Shown here: piece by piece, positions 35,991-46,325 of the stretch
Numbering within the stretch: position 1 is the stretch's first letter
Layout: every line of letters begins with the position of its first letter
UHGV virus genome: UHGV-0090440
DNA: 64,000 bases
Reading direction: 5' to 3' (one strand)
Source of the DNA: a virus
The notes under the pieces: generated by a model
What the model was told of the DNA's origin: nothing
The model's input: only the letters and a program-made list of their open reading frames with translations
The model's database searches: none
Program-made: the position numbers and the translations under genes

Positions 35991-36062
35991 TGCTGGTGGG
36001 CGAACAATAACCAATAAGTGACTATCAAGCCCAGCAAGCGAAACGTGGGTGCCGCCCACCAG
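35991..36062. repeat. long hairpin (10-bp stem, about 50-nt loop)
   Basis: ctggtgggcg ... cgcccaccag. Confidence 0.3.
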
Positions 36063-36121
36063 CAAGGAAAATTCTATGTTAAGTTACCTTCACAATCAAT
36101 ACATTCGAATCGTAATTTTAG

Positions 36122-36133
36122 ATTTCTAACACA
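36122..36133. promoter_or_regulatory. operator-like motif ATTTCTAACACA
   Basis: Immediately 3' of the stop codon of the 36134-37342 gene, at the edge of the ORF-free structured region. Confidence 0.4.
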
Positions 36134-37342
36134 TTATTTCCCGTAAAGATCTTCTACACCCCCATTCTTCTTATCCCATTCGTTCGCCCATACCCGGCAA
36201 GCGTCAATGATTTCCTGACGACGATCTCCTTGCATGAACGGAATGCTTTCATGGAAACAGCTTGGAATGCAGGCCACACTGAATACAGTATCAAACTCCG
36301 TCTGCTTGATTGCCTCCAGCGTCTCCGGACGCATTTTTAATTCATCGATTGGCGCATCCTTAGAGTCCATAATCCGGCGATATAAGCGCGGAAAATCCGT
36401 CTCCAGGTACGCCATAATTTTATCTGCGAGACATTCGTCTATGTCGGTATTCCAGTCCTTTTCGAAGCCCGGCAGGCGATAGTAAAGCGGCGTTCCCCAT
36501 ACCGATGGGATCACATCCATCGTTAACAGGCGATTGGTTCTGATTTGTTGATGGTAATTAGCCGTCAGCAGTGCTTCGCCACGCTGCCCAGTTTCCGCAA
36601 CCAGGCCGTGCGGATACTCATGGATGTAGGCAATGGCATCCCGCCCATCATACATAAGTGGAAATGTCTCTGGTCTTTGTCCCATGCCACAAGCACGGTT
36701 CAGATCGTGACCAAGCTGTGAGCACTCTCGCTTTAATGTTTCGATAATGCTCTGTGCTGTAGCCAACTTTTTACGCAGTGTGACGCCTTCGCCTTGATAA
36801 TCAATGCATTGCTGATTGAGCTTGGTTAAACGCTCTTTTAGTTCCCGGCGCTCTCTTTTCAGCGTGCGGTTATCCTTCTCCGCAACATCCAGCCGCTTTG
36901 TCAGGCTGGGCGGATAGTCTTTTTTGTAACGGTTCAAATCGGCTTCGGCAGATTTACGCAGTGTATTTGCCTGTTCAAGACGCGCTTCCAGATTGCCGAT
37001 CTCATTACGCATATTCACGGCAAATTGATTAACTGCATCACCCAGGCTTTCAACTGTCGCTGATACGCCTGTGACTTGTGAAAAACGGATCAAGCCATCA
37101 TTAACGGCTTGTTGGTATTCCTCAAACTGATCCACCAGCTTATTGTAATCAACTGCCCCATCATCAAGCAGCTTGTTGATTTCCGCCACCAGGTTATCTG
37201 TAGTGGCAATGACACTCTCGTGCAGTCGCTTTGACAGGTCATCACCCGGATTCCGTTTCTGTATAAGAGCGATTTGTGTGCGCAGCGTTTCAATTGCTGT
37301 CGAGATAATTTCCAGATTAGAAGCATCAGTGTGTTGACTCAT
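36134..37342 (-). CDS. hypothetical protein, coiled-coil N-terminal half
   Basis: 402-aa ORF with an operator-like motif about 25 nt upstream of its ATG. Confidence 0.4.
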   Translation of the reverse strand: MSQHTDASNLEIISTAIETLRTQIALIQKRNPGDDLSKRLHESVIATTDNLVAEINKLLDDGAVDYNKLVDQFEEYQQAVNDGLIRFSQVTGVSATVESLGDAVNQFAVNMRNEIGNLEARLEQANTLRKSAEADLNRYKKDYPPSLTKRLDVAEKDNRTLKRERRELKERLTKLNQQCIDYQGEGVTLRKKLATAQSIIETLKRECSQLGHDLNRACGMGQRPETFPLMYDGRDAIAYIHEYPHGLVAETGQRGEALLTANYHQQIRTNRLLTMDVIPSVWGTPLYYRLPGFEKDWNTDIDECLADKIMAYLETDFPRLYRRIMDSKDAPIDELKMRPETLEAIKQTEFDTVFSVACIPSCFHESIPFMQGDRRQEIIDACRVWANEWDKKNGGVEDLYGK

Positions 37343-37370
37343 TGCTGTTCCCGTTACCTTGTTAAATTAG

Positions 37371-37380
37371 TTTTCTAACA
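37371..37380. promoter_or_regulatory. operator-like motif TTTTCTAACA
   Basis: About 25-35 nt upstream of the 37342 start (reads ATGTTAGAAAACTAA on the coding strand, the same as upstream of the 26474 gene). Confidence 0.4.
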
Positions 37381-37422
37381 TATTTTATTAGTTTGATGAC
37401 GGTAGCGAAAGATGCAATAAAC

Positions 37423-37450
37423 AAAAAACCCGCCAATTGGCGGGTTTTTA
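37423..37450. terminator. bidirectional rho-independent terminator
   Basis: AAAAAACCCGCCAATTGGCGGGTTTTTA: perfect GC-rich hairpin with A- and T-tracts on both sides. Confidence 0.7.
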
Positions 37451-37455
37451 TGCAA

Positions 37456-37770
37456 TTACTGTGTTGCAGCCTGATAAATAAGATACGAGATAAATACAGG
37501 TACGATGGCCCATTCCAGCAATGAAAGTAGCCTCATTACTGTTATTGGGGTAACTCCATCCACGTATTGTTTCTCTGACATTTTCCCTAACCAACTAACC
37601 GACAACAGTGCCGAGTTTTCACCCAATTCCAGCTCTCTGAGCGCTTCACGGATTAACGGCGCTGTCACAGCCTTAACCGGTGTGCTCAACGTGATACTCC
37701 GCGTCCTCCCCGCATCGTCAGCGAACGCCAGACTCACATAATATTTTTTGCTCAATGTACAAACTCCCAA
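37456..37770 (-). CDS. hypothetical protein, C-terminal membrane helix
   Basis: 104-aa ORF ending in a hydrophobic segment (LLSLLEWAIVPVFISYLIY). Confidence 0.3.
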   Translation of the reverse strand: MGVCTLSKKYYVSLAFADDAGRTRSITLSTPVKAVTAPLIREALRELELGENSALLSVSWLGKMSEKQYVDGVTPITVMRLLSLLEWAIVPVFISYLIYQAATQ

Positions 37771-37952
37771 TCATCAGCGCTTGCACTTTCCGGGGTTATG
37801 TGAACCTTATCGCCAGTAACAATATTGCGAGCTTCAAAACTTCCATTGATACGTTTCGAGATCTCAATACATAGAGCCTGCTGCCATGAGCGACGACGAG
37901 CAATAGCATTAGTTCCTGCAGGGATAAGTTCTGCCACGTTAAGTAAACGCAA
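37752..37952 (-). CDS. hypothetical small protein
   Basis: 66-aa ORF coupled to neighbours. Confidence 0.2.
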   Translation of the reverse strand: MRLLNVAELIPAGTNAIARRRSWQQALCIEISKRINGSFEARNIVTGDKVHITPESASADDWEFVH

Positions 37953-37966
37953 AACGATTTCTCCGT

Positions 37967-38275
37967 TTAATCAAGACAAACATACTCCGTGATAGCTTTT
38001 ATGGCTTCAGCGGCACTGCGCGCCTCAAAGCAGTAGTAACCGGCTTCTGTGAGGCGCGTCATCCAGACGAGTTGTTCGGGAGTCAGGCGATTTCTCCCAT
38101 GTTTCATCTCAATGCGCATTCCGTGGTATCCCCCGCAAGCAAGGTCTATAGAAAGATCGGGATATCCCTTCTTTTGGCCCTCTGCCACCATTTTTATTGC
38201 CGTCCTTATGCCTCGCAGGCCACCGTTTGGAGTGGCGTGAGTATGCTCATACACATAACGCATATTGCGATACAT
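37967..38275 (-). CDS. VRR-NUC domain nuclease-like protein
   Basis: KKGYPDLSIDLACGGYHGMRIEMKHG fits the VRR-NUC (PD-(D/E)xK-like) signature. Confidence 0.5.
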   Translation of the reverse strand: MYRNMRYVYEHTHATPNGGLRGIRTAIKMVAEGQKKGYPDLSIDLACGGYHGMRIEMKHGRNRLTPEQLVWMTRLTEAGYYCFEARSAAEAIKAITEYVCLD

Positions 38276-38402
38276 CCAGTCCAGGACGCGAACCTGCTCG
38301 TAATGCTCATGGTTCCTTTTGATTAGATCTGGGTTTTTCTCCAGTTCTCTAAGAGCTGCGGCATGTGGGGATGTTTCAGAATATTCACTGCGACGCCTTC
38401 TC

Positions 38403-38414
38403 TTTCGCTCTATT
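38403..38414. promoter_or_regulatory. operator-like motif TTTTCTAACACA
   Basis: In the intergenic region upstream of the VRR-NUC gene. Confidence 0.35.
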
Positions 38415-38604
38415 TTCTAACACACCCATTGATAGTAAATATGCAAAATAATAACAACAACGTTAGGTTTGTAGAATAAGAGAGATACTACTCAAGGATC
38501 ATCTATATGCAACAGGTCGGATGTCCTTTTAAGGTAAAGCGTGACCTTAATCAACAAGGAGGGTAAATCGCATGGCATTTACCCAACCTGTTATTTTTAA
38601 AGGG

Positions 38605-38859
38605 TTATATTTTATCCTGTTCGGATAATTCTTTGATTGTCTTGTCGATTGCGATCAACCAACCTTCATAGGTTAAATCATCAACAAGTTCTACCAACTT
38701 ATCATCGGTGTGAGGAAAGTATATCCAGCTCCAGTTCGCCGGGTTTTCTGCTTTTCGCAGCGTAAAAACCTTCTTGTATCGGTGGAACTCAAGGACATAC
38801 CCCTTCGATATGGAATATCCCTTTAGGTCTTCGACCGTAAACCTACGATTCTTTCGCAT
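38605..38859 (-). CDS. hypothetical protein
   Basis: 84-aa ORF. Confidence 0.3.
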   Translation of the reverse strand: MRKNRRFTVEDLKGYSISKGYVLEFHRYKKVFTLRKAENPANWSWIYFPHTDDKLVELVDDLTYEGWLIAIDKTIKELSEQDKI

Positions 38860-38861
38860 GG

Positions 38862-39296
38862 CTACCCCATGATTCGATATTTCTCTACAGACTCGTCGTA
38901 ACTTGTGTACACGTATGGCTCTGTATCATCGGCATAAGGTGCGACTTCCAGAGCATGAACAGGATTGTATACCGCGTCATTTTCCAGGCGATCGCTCGAA
39001 TACAGATGCCCAGCCAAAACCGTAAGCGCCGGGCGACTCATTTTGTAGATCTCTGCCACATCACTATCTACAACTTGTCCAAATGATATGTCGCCGCGCT
39101 CCAGCAATAACGTTTTAAGCGCAGGCCACCACGGCCCATAAAGGTGATAAAGCTGTGGATCTCGTTTCAGCCTTTCCACCATGCCATTCAGATATGCATC
39201 CAGAAATGCCTCTTCACTCCTGCCATTGAGCGCCTGCGGCAAAATGTCCTCAAGGTAGGATTCCGTTGGTTTTACTGTGTCGATCAATGTTGTCAT
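38862..39296 (-). CDS. hypothetical protein
   Basis: 144-aa ORF downstream of darB. Confidence 0.35.
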   Translation of the reverse strand: MTTLIDTVKPTESYLEDILPQALNGRSEEAFLDAYLNGMVERLKRDPQLYHLYGPWWPALKTLLLERGDISFGQVVDSDVAEIYKMSRPALTVLAGHLYSSDRLENDAVYNPVHALEVAPYADDTEPYVYTSYDESVEKYRIMG

Positions 39297-39332
39297 TTTA
39301 ATTCGGCCTCTTTCGAGGCCGCTCCATATCTG

Positions 39333-42300
39333 TTAAGCCGCCGCTTCAATGATTTTACGCACTTCATCAATTGAATAGCGCGTCGATACCATCCAGGCCG
39401 GACGGTCAAAGTCCACATCGGCAACCGGGTTAACTTCGAAGTTCCAGAAACGCCCACCGATTTTCTTGATGGCATCTTTTGCGTTGCGAATAGATGAAGA
39501 TCCGGGCATATCTGCAATGAGATAAACAGCACCAGCGTCTTCACTTACGCTCCACCAGCGACCGCGGACACGTGCTTTGGCGCGAATAGGCTTATCGTTT
39601 ACCACGATAATGTAATCATCATTTGCTGCCTCGTCAGCCTTGTTCTCAGCAGCATCAGCCTGTTCTTCCCGTTCAGTCTTAGCCGCCGCAAGACGTTCAG
39701 CAATCTCTGACTCCGTAGCGCCACTATTTTTAAGCGACACAAAGTCATCCCACGTTGCAGATTTCAGAGCATCAGGCAACTCTTCCACATACCCGCCCGC
39801 TTTTAAGGCGTTAGCATGGCGTATAGCCATCCCGACAAGACGATTCAAGCTATCTGCATCTGCGAAATCATCACGGGTAATGCTTTTATCCTCAAATGCA
39901 TGAATTAACGCCCCCGCTTTAATCCAGACTGTTGCAGATGTTTCAAGCGGATTATCGGCATTAGAAATGCTTAGTTGCGCACTGTAAACTGACTGACCTG
40001 CCAACGAGGCAAGTGACGCCCAACCATCTGCATCACTTTGCATTTTGTACTGATCAAACAGCGCATCACGCCATGCATTTAGCGCCATGCGTGTTTTCTC
40101 AATTTTGGTTGTGATTTTGGACGTTCGCAGTTGTTCGAACATCTGCGAAATCTCTGAACCATTGGTGAAGGCTTTCATGCGCCCCTGGAAATCGCGGAAA
40201 GAAAGCACGCCTCGCCAGTACGTTTCCAGGCCTTCTCCATTTGGCTTGCGGAACAAGCTGCGGACATCTTCCTGAGTCACTTTTTCAAGTGAACGCCCGG
40301 AGAGATCGCGCCCTGCCATCCAGCCATCGAACGCCTTGACCACATCATCCATAGTGGCCTGAGCGCCCCATGCCTCCATACCTTGCTCATAATCGAAGCC
40401 AAACAATGCACGGAGAAAACCTTCTGCCTCTGAAATACGAAGTGGGTTATCACCTGTCTGGATTTTCGCGACTTCGCGTTTTAATGCTTCGTCGTTTACA
40501 TCAGGATAAATCCATTGTTCAGGTGCTATCTCGTCACTTCCAGATGCGCTAATTTTTTGACCAATCATCCCGCCATAGGTAAAGGCCATTTGAATCTGAC
40601 CATTGGCGTTACGATAAGCCCAATAGTTTACATCCGGTGCTCCTTGCCAACCGCCACGATCTCTCCCAGTTACCCGCATAACACCGCTACGAATAGCGTC
40701 ATAGAATTGATCGCGAGAAAGAGAGGTTGAAAGCTGGTGGCTTTGAACACCACGTGCCGCTATTTCTCGTGATTCAGCCACCCCCTCTTCAAATGTTACC
40801 GCTTCAACCACTGAGTCAAACGGTAATGTCATGGTTGAGCCAGGAGAACGAGAGTGGCGACTTGCTCTATCCAGCCAGGCGACGCGGCAGGTGTATTGCG
40901 CTTTTTCGCCCTCAATTTGTGTCACGCGTACAATCGCCGTTGTCTCGTATTCAGCATCAATGACTGCACGGTAGTAACTACCTTTATGCAACAGGATGTT
41001 CTTGCCAGTGCGCATATACTCCTGCGGGTTCTGAATAACATCGATACTGATATCCAGCACACCAGACTTAATAGCACGCTCCACATCACCACGAGAGCGT
41101 TTCATAACAGTATCCGCGTCCTTCGCCCTGGTGATTGCAAATCGCAATTCACGCACTCTTTTTTTAGCTTTGCTTAGTGCTGAAAGCGTATATTTCTGTC
41201 CGTTTTTGTTGGTGCCGCTCTTAATCAGTCCATCCAGATCACTCTGGTATCGTTGCGCCTGCTCCATCGCGCTTTTCAGTTCTGCCTCCATCATGCCGAT
41301 ATCCTTCCCGGCAGCATTCGCCGCTTTCAGGTAGTTATCGAGAGCATTATTGGCTTCGCGTTGCGCTTTAAGTCGCAGGCGTTCCTCACGTTCTTTCGAC
41401 TGACGAGCCATAATTGCGCGTCGTTCTTCCGGATTTGCCGCCAGCATAATGGCGCGTTCATCAGCGTCATCCGCATCACCATTGGCGATCTCTGACATAT
41501 CGGAGGTCATCACCATCTTGATCCAGTCTTTCTTACGTTTAAGCGTATCCAGACGGAAGTCATCGAATGTGCCTTTGCCACAATAATAGTGAACATTAAC
41601 CTTCTCTTGCGGAGAACCTACGCGCGCACCGCGCCCATTTCGTTGGTCGATACTGGCAGGAGTCCAGGGTAGTGTCAGGTGGTGAATATCGGTCGTTCCA
41701 ATATGCAGGTTGATACCTACTTCGGCTTTCTTGTTACAGATAATGATCCGCGTGCGCCCTTCGTTATAGTCGGCAGCAATACCTTCCATCCCCTCAAGGC
41801 CAGCATCATTTTTAGCAGAGAGATAATCCTCATATTGGGCCAGTTTACTGTAGTAGGTTTCCCATGCGCCTTCTTTGTATTCACCGTCTTTGTTTGGCGT
41901 CGGTTCGGTCGGTTTTTTGACCTTTTTCAGCTTAACACCACCAGCCTGGCTAACAGTCGTAGCATTGATAATGCCTATCTCCTGCTCTGACATTTGCAAC
42001 GCACTGGCAATGATGCGACGTAGTTTCTGGTGCTGGGCTTTCTCGTCGATAAAGATAATTTGCTTACCGTTCTTAAGCCCTTCACGAAGGTTCTCGATAA
42101 GTGCGGCATACTTAGGCGGGATCGGGTGTGACACCTGTTTCATGTCGATGCCTGCATCAGCAATTGCCTTGAGTATTTCAGCCTCCAGGTCAATGCTGGC
42201 ACGCAATTCGACGTGATTTGGATGCTCACTAAATGTTGTAGCTACAACCTTGCTGGTACGGGTACTGACCAGGCCTCCGGTCGCATCCTCCTCTGCTTCT

Positions 42301-45300
42301 TCTGCATCGTCTGCCGCTTTCCCACCAGCCACTTTTGGTAGGTTATTAGCTATAGACTTCACCTGTTCAGTAAGCTCTACAGGGAACTGGAATGTGATAG
42401 CGCTGGCGTAAAGATCCGGGTCGATAGCGACCTTATCCATGTCGCGAATGATAGAGAAAATGAAATCATCCGGTTTCTCGCGAGTGATATTGCCTTCATC
42501 ATCGACAGTGACGTCATCACCACGACTTAACTCCTGCGCGCGTTTACGAAGCTCTTCATAAGCTGCTTGCTGCTCTGGAGTCATTGGGATCTGCAAGGTG
42601 TTTTCGACGATATCCGGGATTTTTACCGTTGCACCAACATCGGAAGCCGTTTTAAGCGTTGTCCAGCGGTGGAAAATGCCACGCAGACCATCAAGGTTCT
42701 GGAAGCCCACCAGCCCCTGTTTCTCTTCCACTTCGCCAGAAATTTTCTGGACCTGAACAGTGGCTGTTTTACCGAACACTCGCACAAAGTCGTCAGGGGT
42801 AATAATCCCCATGTGCATCCACTCGTGCTGAGGGATCACCGTTGACAGCATGTTGAAGGCGTCAATAGGGCTATTAACCAGCGGAGTTGCTGTCAGCATT
42901 ACGACGCCGCGCCCATTGTGACGTTTCATCATGTACGCAGCTTTTACAGCCATGTCACGGGCCATTTTGGATACCGCCGGATTAGGTAAATATGCCAGTT
43001 GCCCCGCTTCACGCCCGGCACCAAAGGAGTTGCGGTAGTTGTGCCCTTCGTCGGCAATTACGCTATCGAAGTTCATATCCTCAAAGTACGGGATATTCTG
43101 CTTCTTCGCTGTACCGGTATTCGCGGCCTGGTCCTTAATCTTGTTCTTCTTCTGCGCATCACGGTGCTTGCCTGACGCCAGGTCAAGACGCCCCATTTCG
43201 GCGGCATTAAAGACAGCCTGCTGTGAGTTTTCTCCGATGGTTTCATCGCGCAACGGGATAGATGCGAACTGCTCTTTTGTCATGATGACCGTTCGCCAGT
43301 TCGACGATGGGATCATGTTCATGCGTTGAGCGATAACGGCACTGGCGGATTCTTTAACAACATTACGGGTGATCGGATTGCCGTCGTTATCAAGTCGCGG
43401 GGTGCCGTCCTGGTCGAGCACTGGGGCAGTCTGAATATTTCCGTCACCATCGCGCACTTCGTCCAGACCGATAAACATCATATTGGCGAAGGCATCTGCA
43501 CTGTAGAAGCTCTGTGCCTCGTGATACCAGTTCTGGTATACGGCCTTTGGAACAACGATACAGGTACGTTTGGTTCGCCCGGTTTCAAAGTTATAGGCTT
43601 CCAGTGCCAGCGCGGTCGTCGTTTTACCCAAACCAGTTCCGAATCCCATAATCCCGCGCCCATCTTCCGACAGACGACGAACTTCTTCGTTCTGGTAAGA
43701 AAGCGGTATACGTTTCCCGCTGATGCCTTCAAGCCCCAGGGGTGCGTCTGAATGGGTAAATGGAATATAACCGTTAAAGGCGTCGTTATAATCGCGGGCG
43801 ATCTGGTCTGCCTGCGGGTGAGTTCTTAACCAGTCGTTAAAACTCGTCTCAAGCTGGGCGATTTTGTCCAGGTACTCGTTAGCGTTCTGTCCGCGCGGTT
43901 TAACACCGTTCAGGTAGTTCTCAAGCTGATTCAGGAAGCCATCTTTGTTATTCGCTTTCTTGAACTCGTTCCCGTTTTTGCCGTTTACGGTTCGTAGTTG
44001 ATAGCCAGTAAATACCCCGTCCTTACCTTCGTAATCGTCCGGGGATACCAGAATGCCGTTCTCAACCTTAAGGTCGGGTTCTGTATACTTAAACTCGTCA
44101 TAGCCCTGCTCTGCCAGGAACTCTTTTATCAGGCGGCGATCCAACCACCGTGCGTTAAGGTTTACCGTGACTTTGTTCAGCGGTGTAAACGTGCGTTTCT
44201 CTTCGATTTTTGAAAGCTGGCGCTCAAAGTTGGCCTTCCGCTCTCCTGTGGACGCGTCTCGCCAGCCCACCAGCAGTGCCACTTTTGATTTAATATCACC
44301 GCTGGTGGCACGGCCCATCGGTAGCAGGCAACCATATCCATCAATAGCGATATCGTCGAATTTCGCCAGGTATTCCAGTGCTTGATCGTCGTCTTCTGGC
44401 AGTTCGCCTTTAAACGCCTCGCGGAAGTCATCAAGATTGATAGGATTAAGGGCAACATCGCTGAAAAGGTGTGTCACAACCTGTTCCGGACGAGTGAAAT
44501 CAATACCAGCAGCCCCTTTGCTAACATCAAGCCGTCCGGACAGCAGATCGGATGCTTCACCGTCCTGATTGACGTTCCCGGTAAATGTCAGCCAGTTCTT
44601 CGCGCCCGCTTCGGTAATGTCGTTTAGCTTAATGGCGTGTGGTGGGCCATATTTAGCAACTTCGGCAGCCGTCAGACGTGCGGCATCAGCCAGTTCATCA
44701 TCGACGTTTTCACCAAGGTTACGCTTATCCAGCGCTTTATTGATAAGTTGCCCGATCAGCGCACCGCGCATAATGCGCTCACGGTCTTTTTCGCGTTGTT
44801 TCCCAGCAAAGCGAATCATTGCCGCTACTTCATCACTGATAACCGATGGATAGTCGGAAGCGATCGCGGATATCTGCCCCCATGACAGAGCCAGAATGCC
44901 GTTTGTTGATTGGAACGTTGTTTGCAGATCACCGAATGTCGAAACACCATATCGGCTTACATCAAGTACGGAGGATTTGGTTGTCGCATCTTTAACCCAT
45001 TGCAGGCCATCAAACTCGTGCCAGATGCCACCTACAAGGCGCTTGTCTCCTACTTTGGCGCCCTGCCATGCCTGAGTAGTTACGCCAAGCAAATCCCAAT
45101 TAATGCGGCTTTCAAAGCGGCGTGATAGCGCGGTTTTCATCGACTCATTGGATACACGACCGTCCTTTTTCACCACCAGAGTATTGCGGAAGCTGGTACG
45201 TTCCATGTCGCCGTAAACAAATCGCTTCCCTTCGGTTGTAAACCATTTTCCTTTGAGGAAGGTATCCCAAAGGACGTTTGCCGATTTGAGTGTTGAATCA

Positions 45301-46250
45301 TCCGTGTCGGGGATCATCTCCAGGAAGGTTTCCGGGTGTTTACGCAATACCCATACGTCCACCACGGTATCTGTACCGGATTCGCTGAACGTACCGGAAG
45401 GCATACGATGTGCGCCCAAAAATTCCGCTTTACGGCTGACTTTATCGCGCAATTTTTTATATTTCGTACCATCGGTCATGCCATTCGGCACCACCAATAC
45501 GATAAGCCCACCAGGCTTAACCTTGTCGATCGTGCGCAGCACAAAGTAATTGCCAACGTTCTTCTCGTTTGCATATGCCGGATCAAGCCCGGCGACACCG
45601 GAACGCCCTTCACCAAACGGTACGTTACCAACAGCGTGATCATACATTGCGTCTTTCGCCGCCAGCGCCTCAAACGCCCCGATATTCACATCGTCTTCCG
45701 GGTGCAAAAGCTGGTTTATTCGACCGGAAATCGGAGACAGTTCGGCGCTGGTCATTATCATGCCCTGTCGTTTTGTCTCCTGGAAAATACCTGTGCCCGC
45801 TGATGGTTCCAGTACGTGCCCGCCATCAATACCGTAGTCAGCAAACAGATCCCATATACCTTCAGCCATAAACTGTGGCGTGTAGTATTCGTATTGGCTG
45901 CCCTCACCATCTGTCAGGCCGCCTTCACCGGTATACCCGGCAAGAATCTGACGCTGTTCGTCAGTTAATTTCGCCCCATCGAAGCCGGGCGGAAGGGAAT
46001 TAAGAAGCTCTACTGCGGCGTTGTTTGCTGCCCGCCGTGTTTTTTGAATACTGACACCATCGACTTTCTTAACGCCAAAGGTCGCAACAGCACGTAATTT
46101 ATGCAACCGGCTAACAATCTCAATCAGTTCGCCTAAGCTGGAGGCTTCACTGATTGAATGAAGTAGTTTATCCAAAGGATTACCCCCTCTAAACCGTAAA
46201 AAATCCGCTATGCGGTACGGTTGAGAGGGTATGGAGAATGTTATTTTCAC
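39333..46250 (-). CDS. darB: DarB-like giant antirestriction protein (N6-adenine MTase + SF2 helicase fusion)
   Basis: 2305 aa. N-terminus has MTase motif I (VLEPSAGTGIF) and motif IV (NVPFGE); the middle has helicase Walker A (GTGLGKTTTALA) and DEGH box (VIADEGHNYRN) plus later helicase motifs. Architecture and size match P1 DarB (about 2255 aa). Apparent GTG start at 46250. Confidence 0.75.
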   Translation of the reverse strand: MKITFSIPSQPYRIADFLRFRGGNPLDKLLHSISEASSLGELIEIVSRLHKLRAVATFGVKKVDGVSIQKTRRAANNAAVELLNSLPPGFDGAKLTDEQRQILAGYTGEGGLTDGEGSQYEYYTPQFMAEGIWDLFADYGIDGGHVLEPSAGTGIFQETKRQGMIMTSAELSPISGRINQLLHPEDDVNIGAFEALAAKDAMYDHAVGNVPFGEGRSGVAGLDPAYANEKNVGNYFVLRTIDKVKPGGLIVLVVPNGMTDGTKYKKLRDKVSRKAEFLGAHRMPSGTFSESGTDTVVDVWVLRKHPETFLEMIPDTDDSTLKSANVLWDTFLKGKWFTTEGKRFVYGDMERTSFRNTLVVKKDGRVSNESMKTALSRRFESRINWDLLGVTTQAWQGAKVGDKRLVGGIWHEFDGLQWVKDATTKSSVLDVSRYGVSTFGDLQTTFQSTNGILALSWGQISAIASDYPSVISDEVAAMIRFAGKQREKDRERIMRGALIGQLINKALDKRNLGENVDDELADAARLTAAEVAKYGPPHAIKLNDITEAGAKNWLTFTGNVNQDGEASDLLSGRLDVSKGAAGIDFTRPEQVVTHLFSDVALNPINLDDFREAFKGELPEDDDQALEYLAKFDDIAIDGYGCLLPMGRATSGDIKSKVALLVGWRDASTGERKANFERQLSKIEEKRTFTPLNKVTVNLNARWLDRRLIKEFLAEQGYDEFKYTEPDLKVENGILVSPDDYEGKDGVFTGYQLRTVNGKNGNEFKKANNKDGFLNQLENYLNGVKPRGQNANEYLDKIAQLETSFNDWLRTHPQADQIARDYNDAFNGYIPFTHSDAPLGLEGISGKRIPLSYQNEEVRRLSEDGRGIMGFGTGLGKTTTALALEAYNFETGRTKRTCIVVPKAVYQNWYHEAQSFYSADAFANMMFIGLDEVRDGDGNIQTAPVLDQDGTPRLDNDGNPITRNVVKESASAVIAQRMNMIPSSNWRTVIMTKEQFASIPLRDETIGENSQQAVFNAAEMGRLDLASGKHRDAQKKNKIKDQAANTGTAKKQNIPYFEDMNFDSVIADEGHNYRNSFGAGREAGQLAYLPNPAVSKMARDMAVKAAYMMKRHNGRGVVMLTATPLVNSPIDAFNMLSTVIPQHEWMHMGIITPDDFVRVFGKTATVQVQKISGEVEEKQGLVGFQNLDGLRGIFHRWTTLKTASDVGATVKIPDIVENTLQIPMTPEQQAAYEELRKRAQELSRGDDVTVDDEGNITREKPDDFIFSIIRDMDKVAIDPDLYASAITFQFPVELTEQVKSIANNLPKVAGGKAADDAEEAEEDATGGLVSTRTSKVVATTFSEHPNHVELRASIDLEAEILKAIADAGIDMKQVSHPIPPKYAALIENLREGLKNGKQIIFIDEKAQHQKLRRIIASALQMSEQEIGIINATTVSQAGGVKLKKVKKPTEPTPNKDGEYKEGAWETYYSKLAQYEDYLSAKNDAGLEGMEGIAADYNEGRTRIIICNKKAEVGINLHIGTTDIHHLTLPWTPASIDQRNGRGARVGSPQEKVNVHYYCGKGTFDDFRLDTLKRKKDWIKMVMTSDMSEIANGDADDADERAIMLAANPEERRAIMARQSKEREERLRLKAQREANNALDNYLKAANAAGKDIGMMEAELKSAMEQAQRYQSDLDGLIKSGTNKNGQKYTLSALSKAKKRVRELRFAITRAKDADTVMKRSRGDVERAIKSGVLDISIDVIQNPQEYMRTGKNILLHKGSYYRAVIDAEYETTAIVRVTQIEGEKAQYTCRVAWLDRASRHSRSPGSTMTLPFDSVVEAVTFEEGVAESREIAARGVQSHQLSTSLSRDQFYDAIRSGVMRVTGRDRGGWQGAPDVNYWAYRNANGQIQMAFTYGGMIGQKISASGSDEIAPEQWIYPDVNDEALKREVAKIQTGDNPLRISEAEGFLRALFGFDYEQGMEAWGAQATMDDVVKAFDGWMAGRDLSGRSLEKVTQEDVRSLFRKPNGEGLETYWRGVLSFRDFQGRMKAFTNGSEISQMFEQLRTSKITTKIEKTRMALNAWRDALFDQYKMQSDADGWASLASLAGQSVYSAQLSISNADNPLETSATVWIKAGALIHAFEDKSITRDDFADADSLNRLVGMAIRHANALKAGGYVEELPDALKSATWDDFVSLKNSGATESEIAERLAAAKTEREEQADAAENKADEAANDDYIIVVNDKPIRAKARVRGRWWSVSEDAGAVYLIADMPGSSSIRNAKDAIKKIGGRFWNFEVNPVADVDFDRPAWMVSTRYSIDEVRKIIEAAA

Positions 46251-46325
46251 GGGGACGATACTACCGTCAAAATCACATACTCCCCATAGTTTGCCTACTT
46301 ATTAACCAATGACCGGAAAAAAAAT

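Noticed and set aside
39640-45871. About 25 plus-strand ORFs of 60-155 aa inside the darB-like gene
   Set aside because: They are antisense to a 6.9-kb gene with strong domain signals, and none has a motif or convincing RBS; treated as frame artefacts.
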